This document shows, in pieces, positions 51,510 to 64,000 of a DNA stretch of 64,000 nucleotides. Within the stretch, counting starts at the first letter, position 1; every line of letters begins with the position of its first letter. Position numbers and translations under genes: made by a program. The notes under the pieces are model-generated. The model searched no databases, had not been told where the DNA came from, and saw only the letters and a program-made list of their open reading frames with translations. This DNA comes from the human T2T-CHM13v2.0 reference genome, Homo sapiens. The stretch lies in NCBI RefSeq assembly GCF_009914755.1, contig NC_060942.1; one strand, given 5' to 3'.

Positions 51510-53998
51510 AAGACTAATTTGCACCTTCTGCAACACATGTACGCTAAGTGTGGATGAAAAACACAGAGCCTCTAACAGATTGTGAACAGACAAAGGCTCA
51601 TACTTTATGATAAGGACTAGAAATAAATTAAGAGGATACAGAGCCAGAGCGTGGCAGGGAGGCACTGTGAGATAGGAAAATGAGAGGTCTTTTTGCTGAG
51701 CCCTAGACGACATCTGCAGGAGGCAGGAACTGACTGTGGGTTCTGAGGCAGGTGACCAGCCAGCAGGGCTGTGGAGCCTAAGGCAGGTGACCAGCCATGG
51801 CTGTGGGGTCTGGGGCGGGTGGCTGGCCACAGGCAGCACAGCAGGGCTGGCGGCAGACATGGCTTTCGTCTGTTTTCTAATTCTAACTGCTTTGTGGAGA
51901 GTAGATTGGAGTCAGGCAAGCAACCAAGAAAAACGGCCAGTGCGGCCCACTTGAGAGATGCCTTGGTCCAGCAGGGCTGTGAGAATGGGAGCGTGGGTGG
52001 TGGACCTGAGCCCCGGGGCCCCTTGGCCCTTTCCTCATTTCAGATGGGCTACTCAAGAGACAGAAGCCAAACACATTTGACAGACGCTGCCGCTCAGGCC
52101 CGGGATCTCCCTAGAGACACCGTCTTCTCCTTTTCTCCGCCAGCCGGCCAGGCTGGTCAGCAAGACCAGACTTGCTTCTGCTGGCTGAGGCTTGGCCACA
52201 CCCTAAATGTGCAGAGTGCCAGCCTGATGTGGGAGAGGAGGGTGAACAGGGTGGACTGGGCCTCCAATGCCATGCCCTGCACTCTATCTCTGCCTGCTCC
52301 CTGCCTTTCAGGGCAACTGGAACCCACCCTGCAGGCTGGCCCCTCCGGCCCTCCTCATTTACACCAAACACGTGGCTGGGGAACCGTGAAGCATGAAGAG
52401 GAAGGAGTTCGACAGTTTGCCGCTCTCTGTACCTTCCCTCTCCCCCAGCCCCAGCCTGTGGCGTGCAGCCCTGCTGGCGCTAACCTTCCCTGGTTACTGT
52501 CCTCCCCTCCAACTGCTGCGGAACCAGCCTCTAACTGCCTGCACTTCCAACTGCCACTGACTCAGAACCTTCTCAGGGTTCTTGCTGCGATCCAAGCTGA
52601 GCTCAGCCCCTCCACCCGTCTTTTTCTTCTTACTCTCCTTGAGCTCTCTGGTCTCTGCCCAGACCTCGCTGGTTCTCTCAAGGTTTCTAACTGGGGCTGA
52701 GGGCTGGCAGTCATCTTCACGTGCGGATCTTGAGCTTTCTCAACACCCAAGCCTTTTGAATACCCACCGAAATACGCTGTCAAAAACAGCTCAGGACCAC
52801 ACGACAATCTCTTAAAAAGAATATTTTGCTACGGAAGCAGAAAATCAAATTCTCACATCAAATATCACACATTGTCACGTAAAGGTACTCTGAAGCCAGC
52901 TCTGCCCTGGATGGCTGCCCTCTCCCTGCCGAGCTCACTGGGCTTCCTGCTGGCCTGGGTCCTATATCATTTCATCCTCCCCCCAGATACCACACTCTCT
53001 CCTCTTCATAGCCAAATTTCTTGAAAAGTTTGCTAATTGTTAGGCGCTATGAATATATTTTATCACTTTGGGACGTAGCTCTGAGCAGCTCATTCTAAGA
53101 CTCTGTTGGCGCTCTTTGTATTGTCAAGCTCTGTAATACACAATGGTGCTACAAAGACAAATTTAGACACAACACCTTTAAGGAATTCCGAGGGGCCTAG
53201 GCAAAGTGCTCTGTGAAAACACAGAAGGAAGCAACCAGCAGCCTAGAAAGGTCTGGAGGGTCGTCTAAAGAAAAGGAGCTTGAGTTAAATTGGGAAGCAT
53301 GAAGAGGAAGTCCCCAAGAAAGAAAATGGGAAAGACAACAATGATGGCTCTCACTGTGAAGACAGTGGAGTGTCTATCAGACAGCAAGGCCGAGATCACG
53401 GCTGGCTTCAGAAGGGCCTGCAGCCGCCACCTGGAAACCCCCAGCACTGTCCAGGTCTTGCCTCTGCTCCTCTTTGAGCATGCATTTCCTTCTTTTCTCT
53501 CCATGACCGGGGCGTCCCCTGATGCCCCTGGGCTGCCCCACAGCTCCTGAGTCTGCACATCACGTGCCAAAACAGAGGAGAAATGGCTGTCTTGATACTA
53601 ATTCTTGTACCAAGAATGATTCATCTACAGTCAAGGTTCCACCCTGACCCGATTAAGTATGGCTAAGGGGATGGAGTCAGCATGAACACCCCAGCCGGGC
53701 CCACACTGGTAGAGGGGTATTGTGGCCTCCAAGTGAGGCAGGCAGTGGGCTGAGCCCACCCATCAGAGATGGATAATAGACTGGAGCTACCACAGAGCAG
53801 GTTTTGATTTTAAGTCTTTGCTCCTATAATAAGCTATCTCTGAACCGGGAGAAACAAACTCCCTCTTGCGCTTGGGTCTTTGCCACTAGGCTCTCTGGGA
53901 ACCACTAAAGTAAGAATGAGCTGTGTATCTGTACAGATCCGGAGGCTCGGCCCTCCCTGCCTGCCTCCTGGGTGTCTGGTTTGATGCCTGGGTCCAGA

Positions 53999-54534
53999 TG
54001 TGGGGGGCAAGGGACAGCTTTGGCCTTAGCCCCTGAAGGTTCTCTGAAAAATAACGGACATGAGGCAGATTGATTAACAGGAGAAAATGCATACAAATGT
54101 ACTTAATGTGTACCCACAGGAGCCTTCAGAATGAAGTCCCAACCCCCCAGTAAGGTATAGAAGTTTCTAGACCATCTTGAGGTTATAGAAAGAACACAGG
54201 CTCAGCGCATGACCAAAACCAGGTTTTAGAGGCAGGACAGGTTATGGCCAGCAAAGGCGGTCTAGATGAAGCCCCTCATAATAGAGCCCCAGAGGAAATA
54301 GATGGTAAATGTTCCCTTTCAGACCTTTGGAAGTGTCAGAGTCTCAGTCTCTCTTAGATTGAGGAAAGGCCTAGAAAGGGAAGGCCTGGCTGCAACAATG
54401 GAGATTCTCTACAGACGCAAATTTCTCCCACAAGACAGCTTTGCAGGGCCATTTCAGTCTGCTGGTCCTACGGCAGCCATTTCAAAAGAAGTCAAAGAAA
54501 TATATTTTGGGGCAAAATATTTTGACTTTCTTCA
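53999..54534 (-). mobile_element. ERV1 (MER4-group) solo LTR
   Basis: Reverse complement starts TGAAGAAAGTCAAAATATTTTGCCCCAAAATATATTTC and ends ...GCCCCCCACA. Confidence 0.75.
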
Positions 54535-55928
54535 ATGGTCAGTCACTCATTTGGTGGTGCTGTTGTTCCTAGGACTGGGAGCCCTCCCAAACCCTTCGTA
54601 ACACCACCTCCATAGAGGGAGCTGCTGCCATGAACAGAGGCGCCCATGCTGACCAAAGCAGTGCCGGGCTTCCGCAGACAGCACTGCCGGGAATCTCCCT
54701 CAACCATTTCCAACACTGGATGGGTGCTGTGAACTGGACAGCTGCCAGGATGTTGCCAAAGCCTGCCACGCCCAGTGGACCCACTGTGTTTCTGATGCAG
54801 ACGACCCTGTCTCTGTCCTGGAGTCACGCGGGACCAAGCTGTGCAGCTGCTTTTCCAATACTTTTAGGGAGTGGGCTCCACCTTGCTCCTTTCCCCATGC
54901 ATGGCAGGGTGCATTCCTAAAACTGAAGCCTATCTGAATTCCCACAACACCCCTGACACGTAGGTACTCCAGGTAAAACTGTAGGCTTTACTCATGCCAC
55001 ATGTAATGGGTACTGACCCCCAACACATTAGAGTGGGTGCCCAAGGGATAAATGGTAGTAGGGGCTGGGGATAAAGCAAGAAAGATGAGAAATGAGGTGT
55101 AGGGGTCTTGCACAGACCAGGGATGATAATGGGCCAAGAACCAAAGAGTATGAATAATTCAGCCTCATCTTCCTGGGGCTACCCCAGCAGAGTTGTTGTC
55201 TCTGCTCTGACCATATCCTACATAGGTCTGTCCCCAGCTTCTGCAACCTTCTGAGACTATGCTAAGAAGCCCCTTCAGCTAAGGAGCCCTTTGTGCTGAG
55301 AGCTGGCAGTACCTGGGAGCGTTTGGCCCCATAAGCAGCCCGCAGCCAGTGGTGATGACCAAGGTGTGCAGGTGTGCAAAAGCCCCGCACCAGGACTGCA
55401 GAGGAACTTGGGCCCCAGGGCTCCCTGCGGACCCGCGGCAGCTGACACTGCACTTGTATCAACCTCCTGACTTGGCTCCTTCCCAGCTGGTGTCACCTAC
55501 TCTCCGATTTCTCCTGGGGGAACTTCCTTAACATATCATTTGCACCTAAGACTCTGTCTCTGGTGTGCTTCTGAGGAAAGCCACCTAAAACTATTTCCAG
55601 GATGAAAAAAAACTAAAATTGCTATCACCAACCTCATGCATGCAAAGAATAAAATGTACTTTCCTATAACTCCACCAAATTTAGGTTTAGAGACCTCATC
55701 TCCCCCACACTGAATGAACTGTTCAGCCAATTACAGGTCTGTTCCCAACCGTATGCTGGCAAGCCAGGATCTCCAGGGAGGAAAAGAGGAGAAAAGAAAA
55801 AACCCTTATTTCTAATATTTCCTAATTTCCATGATGTAAATACTCCCACCTGTGGCCAATCCCAAGCTACAAATATGATGTCCCTGCACTGGGGCAGGGT
55901 GGCATAGAAAAAGTTGCAAATGCCAGGC

Positions 55929-56203
55929 CCTTGCAAGCCCGGGGAGCCTGCCATAGCACAGCACCTTCCCTCGCCAGCCCCTCCCTGGGGATTTGTCTAA
56001 GCTGCTGTGAGCCATGATGCTGGCTGTGATGACCGTCCATTTCGAGTCCCCTGCCCACAGGGTCTTTCCTCATGCGTGGCCACATGGCCCCTCAGGTCTG
56101 ATGGTGCTGTCTGCTACTTCCATGACACGTGGGCTGTCAGTGACTCTGTTTTCAAATCGCAGCAAGAGCTCGTAGTCTTTTCCCTCTAGGTCTTCCTGCA
56201 GTG
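55929..56203 (-). repeat. Donor of three inverted junction fragments at 26460-26728
   Basis: 98/98, 63/65 and 59/59 identities by hand alignment. Confidence 0.93.
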
Positions 56204-56379
56204 CTGGTGTTGCACCCAGGAAGCAGGGCACGTCACCTTCTTCCTCTCCTTCCCCACACTTGAAGAATCTGCTCTGGGGATGGGTGGCCAGATAGGGTGG
56301 GGGATGCCCCACTCTCCTTGTGAATGCTTCTCAGCTCTCTTCTCAGCACTTTGCCCAGTCACTTCTTCCTTTGGGAGAC

Positions 56380-57270
56380 CATAATTAAAATAACTTTCAT
56401 TCATTCACTGCTAGACACTCAGGTTTACAGTGAATTAGAAAAAAAGCTTCCTACTTCCAAGGAGCTTGGGTTTAGTTCCTGTTCCCTGTTCAAGAGTTTC
56501 AGCCATGCTAAAAGCCACTTACTGCTTGGGAAAGCTTTCCAGGCAGAGAAAATGGCAATTGCAAAGGCACAGAGGCAGAAACCGACCTGGTATTTAAGGA
56601 AAAGAAAGAAAGTCTGAGAGAGTGATGGAGACATTTTGCAAGGGGAGTGGCAGAGTGGCATGAATCAGAGACGGGCAGAACCAGAGCTTCAGGGTGCGCA
56701 GTCTGGGGAGAGGAGGCAGGGTTGTCATTCCAACTGCAAAAGGAAACAAAGGTTTAGAAGATGTAGAGTGACATCATTGTATTTATATTTTTAAAAGATT
56801 ACTGAAGCCACTTTGTACTGGAAGCAGGGAAATCATTTGGATTAAGTTCCTACAGAAAATCAAGTGCAACGAGGTAGCCATTTGAACGAGGGTTGAGGGA
56901 ATGGTGACAGCACTGGGAGTATCTGAAATGCAGACTGAAGGTGGAAGTGACAGGACTTGATCACTGAGTTGATGTGGAGCAAGAGAAAGAGAAAGGAAGC
57001 CTCCCAGTTGTTTGGCTGGAGCCCTGGATGGGCCGTGGCGTCCTTCTCTGAGTTAGGGAAGAGAGGAAATGGAATCGAGTTGCTGGGGGCAGTATGAATC
57101 CACTTTGCACAGGTTAAAACAAGACGCCCATTAAACACCCAAAAGGAGATGTCAATTAATGAAGTATAGGAGCGTGGAACCCAGGGGAAGACATGAGGAC
57201 TACAGATGGAAACATGGGGTCACCAATGTGTGGGCAGAGTGTCTTTTACAAAGCAGAAGGAGTAAAGCAA
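56380..57270 (-). mobile_element. L2 fragment
   Basis: TCATTCATTCA 3' end and purine-rich antisense L2 body. Confidence 0.6.
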
Positions 57271-57319
57271 GAAAGAGAAATCCACAGCAGCAGAATATAC
57301 GGGATCCTCTCTAACACAG

Positions 57320-58332
<1,013 letters not shown>

Positions 58333-59288
58333 TTTAAATTAATTCATTTAAGCCAATAATACTGCTTCTAGCAACATTTGCTAAGGAAAACATCAGAATG
58401 AATAACAAAAATAACGTATGTCTAATGATGAAGTGTTATGTAATAATTAATTTTTGTGTTTTCAACCATGTAATAAAATAGGAAAAAAAGATGGAAAAGG
58501 AGTGAAAATATCTAGGCTGAGGCCATTTCCTTGTGAAGAGAGAGCCCCAACAATTTTCATTAACAGACGGAGGGCACCACCCATCCAGGTGGGAGCAGAT
58601 GGAAACCGAGAGCCACTTCTGAAAGAAGACAAAATTGATCATGCAAATGGATTTGAATGTGATCAGAGGAGATACTTACGCTGGTGGAGGGAGCGGGGCA
58701 GAATGTGGAGTGGAATTAGTAATAAGAACATAGAAAACCAGTATAGACAAAAGGGATTACTTACTCAGAGGAAACGTAACAGTATGTAGAAGTGGAAAAG
58801 CGATTCTGTTTTACTAACTGGCTGACCGGTAAATGTGATTTACCTAGTCATAATAAATACCAAATGGTGATGTAAGTTTCAGTGACACTCTCTTGGGATT
58901 TCTGAGAGGGCATGACAAGGGAGTGTGACGTGAAGGGTCGGGTTTGGCGTGGAGGGTGAGCAAGAGGTGATAACGGGAGCTGAATTCCCATTTTCCCTAA
59001 TGGGAGGCCCAAAGATTATGCCTGAAACGGAATAATCGAGATGTAGGAATGTCAACATGGAAATCGGAAGAATAAAATAATTTTTTTAAAAAGAAGAGCT
59101 AAGAAAGTTGAAATTGGTTGCTTCCTGAGAGTAAGAAATGGGTGGGAAGACTGGCAGAGGAAAGCTAGTTTCTCATACACATTAGAGAATAATTTGCCTC
59201 TAAATGATATGTATATAACTTTAAGAAAAATAAAACTGAACAAAAAGAGAAGTTTCTGAGAGATGATGTGTCATACACAGCACTATAG

Positions 59289-59332
59289 CTGACAAGCACT
59301 GGTATCTACTGACAAGCACTGGTATCTACTGA
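59289..59332. repeat. Perfect 20-bp tandem duplication
   Basis: (CTGACAAGCACTGGTATCTA)x2 + CTGA. Confidence 0.9.
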
Positions 59333-60079
59333 GTGCCTAGTGTGTGCTGGGCAATGTTCCAGGCACTAGAAATACACCAGTGAGTGGTCAGACACACACA
59401 CACACCCTTCCAAACACGTACATGCCCATAGGTTATCCAGCAGCCCACCACGTGTAGCGTGAGTCATGACATTGGGTGCTCACAGCAGGAGGCTGGTGTG
59501 TGATGCGAAGTGACCAGAATGGGAGCCAAGAGATCTGAAAATTGTGAGACGCGTCAGGCTTCATCAGCTTGTCCAAATGCTGCTGCTCTGTTTCAGTTGT
59601 TAAATAATTATTTTCATCACAACCATGATATTTAAAAATATATTCACAGTTCACTGTTTACACAGTTAAACTTTATGCCCAGTAATTCATTTAATACCTC
59701 ATTTTCTGAGTACTGTGCTAAAGTATCTCCCTGAGCAATTCACCATGATGATCTTGGATTAGATAAATGAAATTACCAGAAAATGTCTCGTGTAAATTTC
59801 ATTTTTTGCAATATTTTATCAATCGTTAAAGGAGCACATAGTTATTAAGCTCTCCCTTTACTTCCTGAGTTCCTTCTTACTGGAGGTGTAGCATTTGGGT
59901 GGTTGTTTTTAGTTTTCTTATTGGTGTTTTTCTGGCAGAGTCCGAGTAGAAAAAAAAAATCCAGAATCTAAGTCCACGTCCACAAGCGAACTATGTGGGG
60001 TACTACACTAGAACATAAAGCTATTTTGCGCAAGAAATATTAGCGGCTTTACAATTAGAATTAAATAGATTACATTCCA

Positions 60080-60915
60080 TTTTTTAAATTTTTAACTGGC
60101 ACGAATTTATGTATGTATAGGGTACAATGTGATGTTTTGATTTTTGTTTACATTGTAGAATGATTAAGTCAAGCTAATTAACATATACATCACCTCCTAT
60201 ACTTACTAGTTTTTTTTGTGGTGAAAACATTTGAGAATCTACTTTCATGCCACATAAGGAAGGCTTAGCCACAGCTGCTCTTATGCTGATGTAGGATGCC
60301 CTGTGACTCTCCTGGAGTGTTATGAGGAGTTGCTCTCAGGCCATTTCTCACCTACCTTCTATCTCACAGAAACTATCTCTGAGACAGTTTGCATCTCTTC
60401 CTCCTGAGTCCTGATGCAGTCTGACGATTTTGGGCTTGCCTTCTCCCGCACGGTCTAGCCGTAGACTATGACACTGTTAGTGACAGCATGAAATTAACTC
60501 CTTGGCCACGGGCGCTGCACCACTCGTGTTACATTGTCACCTGCCCCTGATGTTCTGGTATTGTCTCTTGTTCTGGTGTTGGGACAAGGGATGTCGTGAG
60601 TCATCACCTTTGCTATTCTTGATGTTGTGGTCCATGTAAGTCATAAAAGAAAAAAGAATCTACTCTTAGCAATTTTTAAATATAAAATACAGTATGGAGT
60701 TTCCTCAAAAAACTAAAAATAGAATTGCCATATGTTCCAGCAATCCCTCTACTGGGCATGTACGCAAAGGAATTGCAATCAGTATGTTGAAGAGCTGTCT
60801 ACACTCCCATGTTCACTGCAGCACTACTCACAGTAGCCAGGTTATGGAAACCAGTGTCCATCAACGGATGAGTGGATAGAGAAAATGTGGTGTGTATACA
60901 CAATGTAGTACTATG
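60080..60915 (-). mobile_element. L1MA 3' end with inverted 5' portion (60688-60915), interrupted by an orphan insert
   Basis: Antisense 3' UTR switches at ACAGTA to sense TGGAGTTTCCTCAAAAAACTAAAAATAGAA. Confidence 0.75.
60244..60654 (+). other. Unidentified ~410-bp retroposed-looking insert
   Basis: TSD AGAATCTACT at 60234-60243 and 60655-60664; A-rich 3' end. Confidence 0.7.
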
Positions 60916-61758
60916 TGTATATTCAAATTTTTAAGGGTGCATAAAAACTGCCTTCAAGATGGAAAGCTCCTCCATGTCCACGTGCACCTGGGTCAGGTTG
61001 GGGACAGCCCTCATGACAGCAATCTGGCCATGGCTGTGAGAAGCATTCTGGGTCAGGTCAGTCAGTCTCTGTCCATTGACCCACAATGGGAACCAGATGC
61101 ATTCTCAACTCACCAAAGACTCCCTGCAGGGGTCCAGCAGGGCCTCACTCACTTCCCAGATGGAAATGCCCTCTCAAAGTGCCTTCCCAGGGAACTCTTC
61201 AAGCACAGCTCAGCTCAACTATTCTCCAAATCAGTGTCCTCAGATTGTTCTGTTCGCTCAATCAGAGAGAAAATATTTCAGTCCCAAACCTTCATGTGTG
61301 TATCTTTCCTTATCAACTGTACTAATTAACATATCATTATCATTATGAAACATACACACAGGACGTAGGAAATGAATCTAGATAAAATATGTACTTTTTA
61401 GAGAGAGATGTACTTGTTTTTTTGTCTGAAATCTCAGGAAACCACGGTGCACACTCCCTGAGAGTATTTACTCACGCCTCAGAATCCCTCAGCTACCTGA
61501 ACCATGGGAAGAAGTAAATATATCCCTCCTGGGTCTTGGGTTCACCTCAGTGCCTTCCTCTGCACTGATGGAGACATGGAATAAGCCAATGCCTAGACTG
61601 TCTGTGGCTTGAACGAGATATCTCTGTATGCAAGAATTACCTATAATCCCACTGCTAAGACACAACTCTGCTTATACTTTAGAATGCAGTTTTTCAGTGA
61701 CTTTCTACACATCAATATGTTTCTTTTCAAAATGTTCTGTTTTAAAGTTCCTTTTGGA

Positions 61759-62217
<459 letters not shown>

Positions 62218-62399
62218 ATTAATTAATTAATAAAATTCCTTTTTTCATTTATCACAAATATTTTCCATGCCACTAAATTTTCAACATTCTTTGTTACCAT
62301 AATGTTGCATAATTTACTTAATTTTTTATACTTTATGGTTTTTAAATGTTCTATTGTGGACATTTTCAAACATAAATAGGATAGTTTAATGAACCCAAA

Positions 62400-64000
62400 T
62401 GCATTCATCACTCACCTTCAACAATTTTAAATGTTCTGCTATATTTATCCCTAACTCTACCCACTTCCCACACCCCACTAAAGTTTAGTTGTTTTAGGTA
62501 AAATTTACATATACTGCAATGCACACATCTTAGTTGTACAGTTTGGGAAAATAGATAAATCAGAGTAACCCACATCTGTATCAAATAGTGAACATTTTTC
62601 ACCTCCCCTAAAGTTCATTCATAGCACTTTTCATTCAGTACCATGCACCAGAGGTAACCATTGTTATAATTTCTTTTCAACTTGAATTAATTCTGTTCCA
62701 GAACTACATATAAGTGGAGTATGCACTCTTTTGTGTTGGTTATTTTACTCAGTATAACATTCGTTATACTGAGTATATAACATCTGAGATTTATTTACAT
62801 TGTGAAATGTATTAGTCGTTTCTTCTTATTCACTTGCATTTTGCTGATGACTAAAGATGTTGATCACATCATTTGCTCATTGGTCAATCATATACCTTCC
62901 TTTGTGGAGTGTCTGTCCAAATTCCTTATTCGTGTTTGAGTTCTCTTATTTTCATTGGTTTATAGGAGTTCATTGTGGGTATAGGTATTGCAAATACTTT
63001 CTATCTATTCATATTAGTAGCATATTTTAACATGCCATTTTGAATTTTATGAAGTCAACTTTATCAGCTTTCCTTGAATGGTTAATTTTTCTGTCCCATC
63101 AAAGAAATCTTTGCCTCTCTTAATGTCACAAAAAATATTCACCTATGTTTTCTTCTAAAAAAAGCTTCATAGTTTTAGATTTTATCGTTAGGTCTGTATT
63201 CAATTATTATTTGTGTGTGATATGAGGTGGGAGACAAGGTTTGCTTTTTTCTAATGTGTATATCCAGTTGTTCCATCATTGTTTGTTGAGAAAACTTCCA
63301 TTAAGTTATTTTGGCACCTTTGTTGACATCCAACAGACCATGCTAGTGTGGGTCTATTTCTGCATTCAGTTGTGTTTCATTGATCTGTTTGCCAATTCTT
63401 ATATATCACACTATCTTGATTACTGTGGCATTATAGTGAACTTTAAAGGAAGGTAATGGAAGTCCTCCAGCTTTGGTCTTCATCAAAATTCCTTTGGATA
63501 TTTTAGGTCGTTTGCATTTCCACATAAATTTTAAAATCCACTTTTCAATTACTATGAAAAAGCCTTCTGGGATAACAATTGAGATTGCATTGAACCCATA
63601 GGTTAAATGAGAAAGTAAGCACCCTAACACATTGAGCCTTCAATCCATCACAGCTCATACCCCTCCATTTGTTTAGGTCTTTAATTTCTCTCAGCAATGT
63701 TTTGTAGTTTTCAATATAGAGGTTTTGCACATCTTTCATCAAATTTATTCCCAAGTATTTCACGGTTTGGGATTCTATTGTGATGAAGATTTTAAAATTT
63801 CATGTTCCAATTGTGTTGTTGTTGTCTTTTAGTATATAGCAATATAATTTATTTTTGTGTACCTTGTATCCTGAGACCTAGCTAGACTCACATATTAGCT
63901 CTAGAATGCCTTTGAGATTATTCCTTAGTATTTCCTATATAAACAATATGTCTTTTGGGAATACAGACAATTTTACTTTTTCATTTCCAATCTTTACACT
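62400..64000 (-). mobile_element. Old L1M, 3' UTR into ORF2
   Basis: Minus-strand ORFs [32 protein letters not shown] and [20 protein letters not shown] are L1 ORF2. Confidence 0.88.

Noticed and set aside
51771-52700. 309-aa ORF
   Set aside because: Non-ATG start, no recognisable protein similarity or exon structure; likely chance in GC-rich DNA
55664-56312. Minus-strand ORFs sharing N-termini with ORFs at 26638-26730, as if a paralogous gene or upstream exons
   Set aside because: Explained by the templated copy; fragment ends are microhomologies, not splice sites

Overview
Hominid (very probably human) euchromatin with two compositionally different halves. Positions 1 to ~26,250 are an Alu-dense LCR16a-type segmental-duplication block. 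It carries a PLA2G10 exon (+), a complete NPIP-family gene (-; exons 2-8 plus three alternative first coding exons) and remnants of the 3' exons of an ACSM acyl-CoA synthetase gene. Positions ~27,300-64,000 are gene-poor DNA rich in L1M, L2, MaLR and ERV LTRs, with a truncated SVA, MIR7153 and a strong CTCF motif. The combination NPIP + SLC35G + MIR7153 matches my recollection of human 18p11.21 (NPIPB1P, between SLC35G4 and GNAL); this is inference, not an alignment. The most striking structure is the ~480-bp seam between the halves (26,248-26,728). It is a patchwork of about eight short templated fragments joined by 2-8 bp microhomologies. Four fragments are copied from elsewhere in this window (51,067-51,124 direct; three pieces of 55,929-56,203 inverted) and one is an inverted piece of SLC35G coding sequence. 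The seam ends by fusing a captured strong-Kozak ATG in frame to the 3' half of an SLC35G/AMAC retrogene, giving a 171-aa chimeric ORF with AATAAA and a poly(A) tail. The NPIP copy also keeps an uninterrupted spliced ORF of 327-346 aa. Repeat boundaries are approximate; exon and junction coordinates were counted by hand.
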